A stretch of 64,000 bases of DNA from a virus: IMG/VR virus record IMGVR_UViG_3300030103_003573, positions 4,156-68,155 of that record. One strand, written 5' to 3'. The translations under genes and the position numbers were made by a program. A model generated the notes under the pieces. That model was given only the letters and a program-made list of their open reading frames with translations. It was not told the DNA's origin and made no database searches. Below, piece after piece: positions 18,912 to 28,653 of the stretch; the first letter of the stretch is position 1, and each line of letters starts with the position of its first letter.

Positions 18912-20653
18912 TTTTCATATCTTTGTATTATTGATCCTTCTGCGTCCAGAGGAAGATCGATCCACTCAGGTGGTTTGCTCATCATCTGGACAATATCTTT
19001 GTAAACTTCTTCAGCATCATTTTCGTTAGCTTGAACAACCAACTCATCATGGACATGGAATACTATTCTATGCCCCGCTGCGGCAACACGCAGCATCATG
19101 TCACTAAATATATCTCTCGCTAAGGCTTGTGAAGCATTTTCCGCGACCAGTCCTCCCCACAGTTTGATGGGGATCTTTTTCCCATTTCTTGGCATCATGG
19201 CCACCATGCTTGCTTCTTGCGCTTTGATGTGCCCGTAGTCCAGTGTCCGTCCACTGGGAAGATCCACTGTGAATGATTCTTTCATTGAACATGCTGTTGC
19301 AATGTTCGAGCTATATTTAGCCCACAACTTAGTAATACAGGGCATAGTTTCCCGATAAACATCCACGGATACATCTGCTTCTTTTGCCGTCATCCCGCTC
19401 ATTTCTTTGAAGCGTTTTTTCCCAGCGCCGTAACCACACCCAAGAACCATCTGTTTCACCTTGTGCCTGAGAGCAGGGTCTTTTTCTTTTAACACCCCAC
19501 GGTCGTGGTCCCATACATTGAAGCGAATTGCGAATGCTTCGTAGATGTCATCCACGTTGGCAATCTCCTCTAGCATTACAAGATCCTCCGCCAGCCAGCA
19601 CAAGGTGCGAACTTCAATCTGGCTAAGGTCTACTACAACTAACTTTTCCCCTTCTGGCGCTGCGATTAAATGCCGCAAGTTCACACCAAACATCTCACTA
19701 CGGGGGAGATTCTGGAGGTTTAAGTTCCCACCCGATCCACTGAAGCGTCCAGTATGCGCTCCGAAATACATGATGCCTCCGTAGAATCTCTTATCGGGCA
19801 TCGTTGCGTAATCAAAAGATTGTATTTTCTTTTTAAGGGCATTGATGCGCCGCCAGTTTTTCACTGCGGATACCCACGGATACTCTTTAGAATTCTCATC
19901 AATCCACTTTTGAGACTCTTCGTTTGTTGCAGCCAGACTAGCTGGCGGCTCCAGCCCAACTTCCCTACATGCGTCGTTGAATGCTGCCCGACTCAAAAGC
20001 GGCCTGTCCCCATTCCAAGGGATTGATTTCTCGACTCGAAACAACTCCTCTTGGATGACCTCCAACTGCACCTTCACCAGTCCAATATCGATAGGCACTC
20101 CTGTTTGAACGATCTCCCTGTTTAGCTTGCTGATCTCCCGTTCTATTTCTGGCCACTGCCTACTGTGTTTGAGCCAGAGCTTCAGACAAAGTTCCGAATC
20201 CTTGAGGGCATATTCCAGAACTTCCTTTTGAAGTTCAGGCTTCATCTTTTCCCACCGCTTACCGGACATGCGGTCACGGGTGGTTTTGACAACCGGCTCG
20301 CCTAGCGATTCTTCTGACGCCCCCTTAAGTGAGCGAGGCAACCTGCAATACGCTGCCATATCCGCTGTGCAATACCATGCGTGCGGCGTGACCTCCGGCC
20401 ACCACTCTTGCTTAACTCCATATAGATATAGGGTCTCATCGAAAGATGCGTTATGTGAAAGGACAATATTACCGTTAAGCAGATCCCATTGAAAGAAATC
20501 AGGATGCCCGACGAACTTTGTCCCATCTGTCCCGACTACTGAAACCATGTAGGCTTCAAAGTCTGGGTGTGAAAAATAACCTAAAGATCCAAGGTTCTTT
20601 ATCGAGCAGGTCTTGTCGTAGTATGTCTCAAAGTCTAATGCGTAAATATCCAC
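18908..20653 (-). CDS. polA: DNA polymerase family A with 3'-5' exonuclease
   Basis: LDFET, HNASFD, HTGRFSG, DLSQIEVR (motif A), KQMVLGCGYG (motif B), VHDE (motif C); start GTG 20653 is inferred. Confidence 0.93.
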   Translation of the reverse strand: MDIYALDFETYYDKTCSIKNLGSLGYFSHPDFEAYMVSVVGTDGTKFVGHPDFFQWDLLNGNIVLSHNASFDETLYLYGVKQEWWPEVTPHAWYCTADMAAYCRLPRSLKGASEESLGEPVVKTTRDRMSGKRWEKMKPELQKEVLEYALKDSELCLKLWLKHSRQWPEIEREISKLNREIVQTGVPIDIGLVKVQLEVIQEELFRVEKSIPWNGDRPLLSRAAFNDACREVGLEPPASLAATNEESQKWIDENSKEYPWVSAVKNWRRINALKKKIQSFDYATMPDKRFYGGIMYFGAHTGRFSGSGGNLNLQNLPRSEMFGVNLRHLIAAPEGEKLVVVDLSQIEVRTLCWLAEDLVMLEEIANVDDIYEAFAIRFNVWDHDRGVLKEKDPALRHKVKQMVLGCGYGAGKKRFKEMSGMTAKEADVSVDVYRETMPCITKLWAKYSSNIATACSMKESFTVDLPSGRTLDYGHIKAQEASMVAMMPRNGKKIPIKLWGGLVAENASQALARDIFSDMMLRVAAAGHRIVFHVHDELVVQANENDAEEVYKDIVQMMSKPPEWIDLPLDAEGSIIQRYEK

Positions 20654-20658
20654 AGGCA

Positions 20659-20701
20659 CAAAAAACCCCACTCCCGCCTATCACGGATCAGGAGTGGGGT
20701 T
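20659..20701 (-). terminator. Intrinsic terminator-like hairpin just before polA
   Basis: Minus strand aaccccactcc...ggagtggggtt followed by ttttgtg. Confidence 0.55.
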
Positions 20702-20755
20702 AGGTAGCGGGTGTGCGGAATTTTTTGAGCAAAAAAGCACCGCACACCCAAAGTT

Positions 20756-21049
20756 TCACTCCTCGAACTTAACGAACGGTTGATTAAGAGGATCCGTCTC
20801 ATCCACCACAGCAGGTTCAGCAAAGCTATACTGAGTCTGCTCGGGGGTGTGCTTGAGTCCAAGCTCAAACGTCTCCTTCATCACCACAAGGTTGATCTTT
20901 GCGGTTTCTGCCGTTTCGATCTGTGTCTCAAGCTCGTTGATTGCTAAAGCTAATTTGTGAATTTCTTCTTTAATTAGCTCAACACGCGGGTCGGGTTCAG
21001 CAACCACGCCACCAGCCTCAAACTCCTTCTTGCGTTTCTTCTTAGCCAT
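20756..21049 (-). CDS. Hypothetical coiled-coil protein
   Basis: 97-aa ORF in the replication operon. Confidence 0.65.
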   Translation of the reverse strand: MAKKKRKKEFEAGGVVAEPDPRVELIKEEIHKLALAINELETQIETAETAKINLVVMKETFELGLKHTPEQTQYSFAEPAVVDETDPLNQPFVKFEE

Positions 21050-21057
21050 CGTTGTGT

Positions 21058-21711
21058 TTAGCCCTTCCGAAATCGTTCGATAAACTTGACTACATCCTTT
21101 GGCACGGTGTCTTCCGTATCTTGCACGGTGAGACTCGGCGCATAGTAAGTGACCTTCCCTTCAATCTTCAAAGGGGTAAGATCCCAGTAAACACCGTAGT
21201 ATGGCTCATCAACCCTTGTGCTCATGTGGGTAATGAGACGCTTGTAGGTATTTTTGTAAGCGACCTTTGCCACATTCATGGTGCCAATCGCATACTTTGT
21301 TTTACCAATCTTGAATGGGAAGGCACCGCCCCCTTTTGCATCTTTCGGCTCGGGAAACATGATGGTGACGTTAGCAAACTCAATCAGCGGATATTCGGTA
21401 TCCGCTTTCAAAAGCGCAAGGTCTTCTTCTGTGTAGACGGAACGCGCCATCTCACCGACTCCATAAGGTTTGTCCTCACGGAAACCTTTTACTTCTGCAA
21501 CTGGTATCGCAGTGATTGGCTGCTCTACTTCAGTTAATACGTGTCTCTTGTCGAGAACGATGCTCCCGTGAGGTGCCTCGATCTGGGATACCGCTTGGAC
21601 TACATTCAGTCTAGGGATATCAATGTCTTGTGCTGTGGGTTCAAACCCGCCGACAAGAGGGGTGATTTCTGCCGGTGCTTCTTCTGCTGCAATAATATCT
21701 GATTCGCTCAT
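21058..21711 (-). CDS. Putative ssDNA-binding protein
   Basis: DIDIPRLNVVQ N-terminal motif; lies between the exonuclease and the polymerase. Confidence 0.5.
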   Translation of the reverse strand: MSESDIIAAEEAPAEITPLVGGFEPTAQDIDIPRLNVVQAVSQIEAPHGSIVLDKRHVLTEVEQPITAIPVAEVKGFREDKPYGVGEMARSVYTEEDLALLKADTEYPLIEFANVTIMFPEPKDAKGGGAFPFKIGKTKYAIGTMNVAKVAYKNTYKRLITHMSTRVDEPYYGVYWDLTPLKIEGKVTYYAPSLTVQDTEDTVPKDVVKFIERFRKG

Positions 21712-21738
21712 CTATGTAATTTTGTAACTATGTAACTT

Positions 21739-22854
21739 TCACTTCTCCGAAAGGGTCCACCTTTCTGGAGTGCGGGTGATAATGTCTTGATCCTCGCAAG
21801 CGTCAAGAAATTCTTCCACATTTTTCCCCTTACCTTGTTTTTTAGCTACGATCTTAGAAATCTTTGTGACGCTCAGTGACGCTTCTGCGAGAAGATCCTG
21901 CTCAGTTATCCCGTGCTGTTTTGCCAAGTCAATAAGTCCTTGATTGTCGGCTACCTTTCGTGACGAACCCATCGAACGCAAGGTGAACTTATCGTATTCA
22001 GCCCCTTCCTTTGCGACTTCGATTGCTTTCTTGCGAATCATGTCTGACCACTTTGAGAGCACTGCACTGACTGCAAACATCTTCTCAAGCTCTACAGGGT
22101 CATCGACTTTTCCCACATCGAATTGTGGCAGGTTTGCATCAAGCTGTTCTGCAACTTGCTTTGCTAACCCACCGAGCGCAGGGCACTTTTCTTCGTGGCG
22201 ACAAAAACCACAAACGGCAGTAGGCTTAAGTGCTTTTCTTTCTGGTGTCCCATCCTTCCATTTTGGTCGGGAGATTTGTGCGGACTTAATCACTCCAGTG
22301 ATTGCTGCTTGCAAGGCAAGAGTGTCCTTCCGTTTAAAGGTGTGATGAAGGGTGACCGATCTCTGCGGAACGTAGAACACAAACGTGATCTGCGTAAGAT
22401 CTGGGAATCGTTGGAACGCACCGATTGTGTATGCCCAAGCTTGCCAGTTACATTCAGGCGAATCAATTTTTGACACTCCCGTTTTGTAGTCAGCCATTAC
22501 TGCTGTTCCGTTATCAAAGATTGTTAGGCGGTCACAAGTCCCCCATGTAAGAACACCATCGTTGAGTTGAATATCCAACGCTATCTCCATGTGATCTTCA
22601 GCAACTTCGTCGCGCCCCTTTGCGATTTTCAGAAACTCGTCTTCTTCATCTACGATCTGCTGGTAGATGTCTACTTCATCCGCGCCCCTCAGTTCGGACG
22701 GGTCACGAACCTCTAAAGCCTCATGAATCCGAGTCCCTTTTTCAGCGGCATACGATGTCCCATCCTTGCCGTGATATCCACTACAGGTCGCTAAATACTT
22801 AAGTGCTGACGGGGAGAACTCAGCATGATCTCGGTCTGCATGTTGGGGTTGCAT
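21739..22854 (-). CDS. Cas4-like PD-(D/E)xK exonuclease (DUF2800-like)
   Basis: HAEFSPSA...C, GTRIH, WGTCD, DYKTG, QAWAY, CGFC...CPA. Confidence 0.85.
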   Translation of the reverse strand: MQPQHADRDHAEFSPSALKYLATCSGYHGKDGTSYAAEKGTRIHEALEVRDPSELRGADEVDIYQQIVDEEDEFLKIAKGRDEVAEDHMEIALDIQLNDGVLTWGTCDRLTIFDNGTAVMADYKTGVSKIDSPECNWQAWAYTIGAFQRFPDLTQITFVFYVPQRSVTLHHTFKRKDTLALQAAITGVIKSAQISRPKWKDGTPERKALKPTAVCGFCRHEEKCPALGGLAKQVAEQLDANLPQFDVGKVDDPVELEKMFAVSAVLSKWSDMIRKKAIEVAKEGAEYDKFTLRSMGSSRKVADNQGLIDLAKQHGITEQDLLAEASLSVTKISKIVAKKQGKGKNVEEFLDACEDQDIITRTPERWTLSEK

Positions 22855-22863
22855 GTTCCCATT

Positions 22864-23355
22864 TTACAAACTCTTTGCACGCTTAGTCAAACAGTAACGA
22901 GCAATCAGGAACGCATCAATCATTCCATCATCTGGAGTTCTGCACCTTTTATTACGTAACCAATTCTCGTCTGGAGCCAGCGTTTGGGCCGTATGTAAAG
23001 CCGCTTGTTTACTTTTGCCTTTAGCGACATGCCCTAACATTTGCTTCTGCCACTTGTGAACGGATACTCTGTTTACATTGTATCCGCAGCACTCGGCCAT
23101 GCCCATAAGCTTGCCAAAACTTAGCGCCATAGACCGGACTGCTTGAGAACTTTTCGCAAACCCGAGTGGCTCTTCCACAGCAAGGATGAAGCTTGAGTTG
23201 AGCAAAGCCAGCCATGCTTTGATTTTTGCTGAATCAATCTCCGTTTTCTTTGATCGGTGCATCGTAGGCATGGAACACTTGGCAATGATCTTTCCGTCTG
23301 GCTCAGATATAGCACAGAGACCTCCTTTCAAACCGTTGTCGATTCCTACAATCAA
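22864..23355 (-). CDS. RuvC-like Holliday junction resolvase
   Basis: GIDNG, AVEE, WQK and DGMIDAFLIA motifs. Confidence 0.8.
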   Translation of the reverse strand: MIVGIDNGLKGGLCAISEPDGKIIAKCSMPTMHRSKKTEIDSAKIKAWLALLNSSFILAVEEPLGFAKSSQAVRSMALSFGKLMGMAECCGYNVNRVSVHKWQKQMLGHVAKGKSKQAALHTAQTLAPDENWLRNKRCRTPDDGMIDAFLIARYCLTKRAKSL

Positions 23356-23588
23356 AGAACGTGCGCTGAAATTATTATCCCGTCACCGTATGCGGGGGTG
23401 AAGTAGTCGTAACCTTTGTTTAAGGACTTCAGGTAAAAAACATCTCTCGTTGTCTTTGGGACAACACGGTAAAAGCGACCTACTCTTTCCTGAACGACAA
23501 AAGAAAATTCGTTCTTGGTGCTGCTATCTTTTCGCACAAGAACTTTTGGGTTGTGCTCGACAACTCTATTTTGGAATAGGTCATTCAT
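23352..23588 (-). CDS. Hypothetical protein
   Basis: Overlaps both neighbours; start moved to ATG 23588. Confidence 0.55.
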   Translation of the reverse strand: MNDLFQNRVVEHNPKVLVRKDSSTKNEFSFVVQERVGRFYRVVPKTTRDVFYLKSLNKGYDYFTPAYGDGIIISAHVL

Positions 23589-23928
23589 CGATGATACTGG
23601 TATCAAGAAAGCATGGTGTATCTGGACCTAAATCTGTCCGCATCAACTCTTGCAAAGCCATGCCAGCTTGTGCTTCTGTGAGTCCGTGTTTTTTCTTGAG
23701 CAACGCAATCGTCATACTTGACGAGTAGCACGCAATAGATGGGTTTTGTGGGTGCTCGACAACTCCGAGGAGCGCCTCTTTTAGTTCAGCAAATAAGACC
23801 AGTGTTGTCGTTGATTCATCGGTTTCATCGCCACCACTTAAATCTAGCTCTACTCCTACTTGCCGAGTGGCATAGGGGTCGTCGAGTGGGTCGTAATTAA
23901 AACTCTCTGAATCAAAGTTGTTGATCAT
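23581..23928 (-). CDS. Hypothetical protein
   Basis: Operon-coupled ORF; start moved to ATG 23928. Confidence 0.6.
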   Translation of the reverse strand: MINNFDSESFNYDPLDDPYATRQVGVELDLSGGDETDESTTTLVLFAELKEALLGVVEHPQNPSIACYSSSMTIALLKKKHGLTEAQAGMALQELMRTDLGPDTPCFLDTSIIDE

Positions 23929-24529
23929 TAGGTTCGATATCAATTATTGGTTGCACGCTTCCCCCACCCTTATCTGCTTTAGAATTATTTAGGATTGAGA
24001 TGTCGATTTGCATTTTGCTGTTGCCTCCTGATTTTGCACCGAGGCCAAGACTGCGCCTTATTATCTGATCCAGTTGGTCCAGATCTTTGACCGTCTTCGG
24101 TCCACGCAGGTTTTTGATATTATCGCGCATGAGTTTGATCCCTTGAGCCGCGATGTAATGCTGATACTGTTCAGCCGGTGTCGCTTGATTCTCCGCAATA
24201 TCCAAGATCGTTTGATCCTCTTCGAGGCGAGCGTCATGCTGGGCACTTAGGATAGCTTCTCTTGTCCGCTTATCTAAGTTGTCCTCTAAGTCTTTAGCTA
24301 GTTCATCGGCATCAAACTCAATGTTAGCTTCGGGACTAACTTCTACCGGCTTTTCGTAAGCCATGTCTTTTTGATTCTTCCGTGGTGGGAGACCTAGTTT
24401 TTTAAACCACCTGCGGACTGTTCCTGAGTGAACACCCAGTTCTTTTGCAATGGCTACGGTCTTCCAGTCAGCGTTATACATTTTTAACGCTCTTTCTTGC
24501 AGGGTCTCTTTGGGTTTGTCAGGCAACAC
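23912..24529 (-). CDS. HTH protein, candidate terminase small subunit
   Basis: N-terminal HTH WKTVAIAKELGVHSGTVRRWF and a helical C-terminus; head-to-head with TerL. Confidence 0.5.
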   Translation of the reverse strand: MLPDKPKETLQERALKMYNADWKTVAIAKELGVHSGTVRRWFKKLGLPPRKNQKDMAYEKPVEVSPEANIEFDADELAKDLEDNLDKRTREAILSAQHDARLEEDQTILDIAENQATPAEQYQHYIAAQGIKLMRDNIKNLRGPKTVKDLDQLDQIIRRSLGLGAKSGGNSKMQIDISILNNSKADKGGGSVQPIIDIEPNDQQL

Positions 24530-24544
24530 AGTTTTTACTAAATT
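24516..24544 (+). promoter_or_regulatory. Sigma70-like promoter for TerL
   Basis: TTGTCA-17-TAAATT, 11 nt before ATG 24556; overlaps the start of the divergent HTH gene. Confidence 0.4.
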
Positions 24545-24555
24545 ACTTAAGTAGT

Positions 24556-26343
24556 ATGGCGAAGAAGAAGCGGTCCTTCAAGACGATACTGGAGCCACGC
24601 ATTGATCCAAAGACCAAGAAGATGGACGTTGGGGGTTTGTTAATACCCCCAACGAGTCTCTTGACAGGGTTATTGTATGGTTTCGCAAACCACGATGCTC
24701 CACGCGCAAAGGAGTTTTACTTCTGGCGTGTGTGCGATGAGCTTTGGAACAACGCAGACTTACCAGAAAAGCTTATGGTCAAGCACCCGTGGGCTGAAAA
24801 AATGATACGGGCTGCGATAAAAAATAAATACCTGTCGATTGGTGGGTCGGCCTCGTCAGGAAAAAGTCACACGATGGCTGCGTGGGGTATTGTCAACTGG
24901 CTATCGCAACCACAGGACACTCTTGTTCTGATGACATCCACCACTTTGCGGGAAGCGAGGAAACGGATATGGGGTTCTGTAATGACGCTGCTTACGGTTA
25001 TTGAAGGAGCACCAATAAAGATAAGGGACTCAATAGGTAACGCTAGTTACGTTAATGAAAATGGAACACTCATTGAGAGAGCGGGGCTTTCGCTGGTAGC
25101 TGCTGAGAAAGCAAGGACACGGGAGGCGACCAATAAGCTTATCGGTATTAAGCAAAAACGAGTTATCCTGATTGGCGATGAGCTTTCAGAGATTTCTGAA
25201 AGTATTGTAAACGCTGGCCTGACAAACCTTTCTAAGAACCCGCACTTCCAAATGATCGGGATGTCTAACCCGAACAGCCGCTTTGATGCTTTTGGGGTTT
25301 GGTCTGAACCTAAGAATGGATGGGACTCTGTTGACACCAATGTCGATGATACATGGAAAACTAAGTGGGACGGTCAGTATTTAAGGCTCGATGGGGAGCG
25401 TAGCCCCAACGTCCTCGCAGGAGAAGTTGTTTATCCGTGGCTACCCACACAGCAAAAGCTTGATGAAGACAGGGCTTTGTTGGGAGAGGAGTCACGGGGA
25501 TACATGCGAATGGTTCGTGCCGTGTTCTTTGACTCTGATGAAACCACTGGCATATACACCGAGAACGAGCTGACCATGAGTGGCGCTATGAACCGTGTAG
25601 AGTGGGAAGGAGCAACCACCAAGGTCGCGGGTCTTGACCCTGCATTTACAAACGGAGGTGACCGGACCATCTTATACACTGCTACTGTCGGGTATAATAA
25701 AAACGGACATTACGTAATAGAGTTCGACAAGGCTATCCACCTTAACGATGACGCTACAAATAAAGCAGTTCCGCGCACATATCAGATTGTCCGGCAGATT
25801 AAGGATCACTGTGAGAAAAACAAAATTCTGGCAGAGAACGTAGCGGTTGATGCCACAGGAGCGGGTGCTCCATTTTGTGATGTTCTTGCTGGTGAGTGGT
25901 CGAATAAATTCATGCGTGTCGGATTCGGGGGAAAGGCTAGTGACAAGAGGGTAAGTGCTAGTAGTCAGTTAGTTGGAGAGGAATTGTATATGAACCGAGT
26001 CTCTGAGCTGTGGTTCGTTGGAAAAGAATTGATGCGGACCCAGCAGGTGTTTGGAATCACTGCAAATCTGGCCAGTGAAATGACCAGCCGAAACTACGAC
26101 ATGGTAAAAAGCGGGACGTTGCGGGTCAAAATCGAGTCCAAGCCTGAGTTCAAAGCTAGATTCGGCAGCAGTCCAGACCTTGCGGACGCAGCGTTTCTAG
26201 CCTTGGATTGTGCTAGACAGCGTTTGGGTCTGGTAGCAGTTGACCCACCTAAAGAGGGTGCAAAGAATTATAATAAACGACCTCAGACAATTAAGGATCT
26301 GGGCAAAGCTTTGCAGAACTCTGGTGCTGTTTTGCTTGATTGA
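24556..26343 (+). CDS. terL: Terminase large subunit
   Basis: Walker A GSASSGKS, Walker B LIGDE, MSNP coupling motif, nuclease motifs GLDPA and SPDLADA. Confidence 0.88.
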   Translation: MAKKKRSFKTILEPRIDPKTKKMDVGGLLIPPTSLLTGLLYGFANHDAPRAKEFYFWRVCDELWNNADLPEKLMVKHPWAEKMIRAAIKNKYLSIGGSASSGKSHTMAAWGIVNWLSQPQDTLVLMTSTTLREARKRIWGSVMTLLTVIEGAPIKIRDSIGNASYVNENGTLIERAGLSLVAAEKARTREATNKLIGIKQKRVILIGDELSEISESIVNAGLTNLSKNPHFQMIGMSNPNSRFDAFGVWSEPKNGWDSVDTNVDDTWKTKWDGQYLRLDGERSPNVLAGEVVYPWLPTQQKLDEDRALLGEESRGYMRMVRAVFFDSDETTGIYTENELTMSGAMNRVEWEGATTKVAGLDPAFTNGGDRTILYTATVGYNKNGHYVIEFDKAIHLNDDATNKAVPRTYQIVRQIKDHCEKNKILAENVAVDATGAGAPFCDVLAGEWSNKFMRVGFGGKASDKRVSASSQLVGEELYMNRVSELWFVGKELMRTQQVFGITANLASEMTSRNYDMVKSGTLRVKIESKPEFKARFGSSPDLADAAFLALDCARQRLGLVAVDPPKEGAKNYNKRPQTIKDLGKALQNSGAVLLD

Positions 26344-26368
26344 CACGAAAAGCCTTAAATCATAATAT
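26340..26368 (+). promoter_or_regulatory. Sigma70-like promoter
   Basis: TTGACA-17-TAATAT, followed by a short tgctaaa...tttagca inverted repeat. Confidence 0.55.
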
Positions 26369-26394
26369 GCTAAAGCATTTTAGCAATCATTGAG

Positions 26395-26739
26395 ATGGCT
26401 CTTTTTGAAGATTTTGGCAACATCGACACGGGTAATCCGTTTCTAAATTTTCTTTCAGGTTTTGATACCACCGCTACTTCTACAAAAACAAACGTAGCTG
26501 CATTGCCTAAAGACCCAGAAGCAGAGCAGAGGAAAAAAGACGAGGAAGAGGAAGAGCGTGAAAGAAAAAAACGCGAAGCTGAAAAAAAGAAAGCAATGCA
26601 ACAGGCTCTTCCTAAACGGAACACCGGAGCTGTAGGCGACTCAACAACCCCAAGCACTTCACCGATGGCTTCTTACCGAGGACTTGGTAAGAACCCGAAC
26701 ACACAGATTAAGCAATACGGAGGCACTGTTGGCCTTTAA
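26395..26739 (+). CDS. Putative internal virion (ejection) protein
   Basis: Low-complexity charged coiled coil; first of four co-oriented genes ending in the giant protein. Confidence 0.5.
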   Translation: MALFEDFGNIDTGNPFLNFLSGFDTTATSTKTNVAALPKDPEAEQRKKDEEEEERERKKREAEKKKAMQQALPKRNTGAVGDSTTPSTSPMASYRGLGKNPNTQIKQYGGTVGL

Positions 26740-26751
26740 CAAAATTACATT

Positions 26752-28653
26752 ATGAGCACAGGAATCGTTCCATATGGAGGCAGCAATCTCGGCCCCGTAT
26801 TATTATCTCCTTCTGGTCCTCCCCCTATAGATGTCCCCATGAGGGACGTTAGCGGAACTGCAAGGACAGTGCCACCGCGTATGCCAGCATCTCCCCCTGC
26901 TCGTTTACCCGCAAGCCCACCTGCAATTCCTAGCAGACTTTCTCGTTTGCTTAACAAGCCAGTTTTAAGAGGAATAGGTAGCAGAGCCTTTCTCCCAGCG
27001 TATCTTGGCAATGAATTCCAAGGACGCTTTTCGCCAACTGGTCTTGCTCAAAGTATGTTTTTTGGAGATGAGGGTTTTGGGGAGGAGGGAAAGAGAGCAG
27101 CACTAGAAAAAAGAAGAGACACATTTAGAGAGGACACACAAAAGTTCGACGGTGGTTATGGGCTTGGTGAAATGGCGCAGCGAGCTGGTAGTGCGTTAGC
27201 AAACCCTGTATCTATGATGGGTGCTAATATTGCAGGGATTGCCGAGCTTGCTGGAAATAAACTAGGACTTCAAGGGGCTGACGTTGACCCCCGATTTGGC
27301 AAACTGTTTGCTCCTGCTGGCTTTGTTACAGATGGCCTTTATACAGGTTTTGCTGCTGAAGATCCACGCAATGTTGGAGCCAGAGGGGAAGCAGGTGATG
27401 CTGCTGTGGAATCACAGAAAAAAAGAGCTTTAGGAAGACGGGAAGTAATTAGTGATATGTTTCAGGGCCTTGAAGGCTCGGGGCTTGAATTTGCACCAGA
27501 AAAGTTTTTTGGAGCAAATTATTCTGGGGCCTCAAAAAATGCAGGTCGTTTTTTAGCAGGTCGCCCTGCCGATGCTCAATTTGCTGAGTCTGAAAAAGAA
27601 CAAGTTATGGAAGCTGAAAGGCTTCGAGCACAACGCAATCAAACAAAAGGAGGCGCACGTTCTTATGGAGACGTAATAGAAAAGCAGCAAAAAAGCACTG
27701 CTAGAAGGGCTGATATGTTTTTTGAGCAAGCCGATAGGGAATATCTTGCAGAGCTTGCAAAGAATGACCCTGAGAGGTTGATGACTAAGTTTGACACGCG
27801 GGGCGCTAGAACTGGTTTTGATGATGACGGCAACCCTGTTTACGATAGCAAGCCAGATGGCAAACTAGACCCCGAAGAAAGGTTGTCTCTGTTTAATCCT
27901 AAAACTGGGATTAAGCAGATGCGTGCTGATGATGAAGCAGTCGCTAAGAAAAAATCAGACGAAGAAGCGGCAGCTAAAAAAGGTCGCAGAGCAGAACGCC
28001 GATTCATGCGTGATTTTGATGACGAAGTATTTGATGACCTCATGCGTTCTGAGAAGCAGAGAGAAGACAACGAGAAAGCTCAAAGAAAAGCGGAACGCAG
28101 ATATCAACGTGATTTCGATGACGAAGTATTTAGCGACCTGATGTATGAAGGTCGGCAAAGAGATGCGGGTCGGCGTGCCTTAGCTAGAGATTTAGAAAGT
28201 CAATTTGCTTACAGCGACAGCCCGTCGAGCGCATTCCAAAATCCAGAGACCAGAGAGAAGTTAATGGTCGATGCTTTCAAAAGAGGAAAAGAATTAGGAC
28301 TCAGAGATGAGCAAATACGAAGTTTCCTTAGAAATCGAAATCTTTTAGATAGAGGTTTCAGTGAATCCTACGAAGACTTCTATAACAGGAACACGCAAGG
28401 TGGCGGCTTGAGTCTAGGTAAGCTGGGGGCCAGACGACAAGTTGGCTCCAGAGGAGGTAAGGTGAGCACCGAAGCCGGTCGCCAACAGAAAGCTGCTGCA
28501 AATCAAGCGTTGATGCAGTATATAATGCAGCAAATGCAGCCAAGACCTGCCCTTAGTCCTCGACCTCTGTTCAATCCTACAACGCAAAATAATCAATTTG
28601 GGCTGGTAGGCCCAATCTCTGGTGGACTTCAAAACGCAATGCCTAGATCGTAA
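26752..28653 (+). CDS. Putative internal virion (ejection) protein
   Basis: Gly/Ala-rich and helical; AERRxxRDFDDEVFxDLM repeated twice. Confidence 0.55.
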   Translation: MSTGIVPYGGSNLGPVLLSPSGPPPIDVPMRDVSGTARTVPPRMPASPPARLPASPPAIPSRLSRLLNKPVLRGIGSRAFLPAYLGNEFQGRFSPTGLAQSMFFGDEGFGEEGKRAALEKRRDTFREDTQKFDGGYGLGEMAQRAGSALANPVSMMGANIAGIAELAGNKLGLQGADVDPRFGKLFAPAGFVTDGLYTGFAAEDPRNVGARGEAGDAAVESQKKRALGRREVISDMFQGLEGSGLEFAPEKFFGANYSGASKNAGRFLAGRPADAQFAESEKEQVMEAERLRAQRNQTKGGARSYGDVIEKQQKSTARRADMFFEQADREYLAELAKNDPERLMTKFDTRGARTGFDDDGNPVYDSKPDGKLDPEERLSLFNPKTGIKQMRADDEAVAKKKSDEEAAAKKGRRAERRFMRDFDDEVFDDLMRSEKQREDNEKAQRKAERRYQRDFDDEVFSDLMYEGRQRDAGRRALARDLESQFAYSDSPSSAFQNPETREKLMVDAFKRGKELGLRDEQIRSFLRNRNLLDRGFSESYEDFYNRNTQGGGLSLGKLGARRQVGSRGGKVSTEAGRQQKAAANQALMQYIMQQMQPRPALSPRPLFNPTTQNNQFGLVGPISGGLQNAMPRS

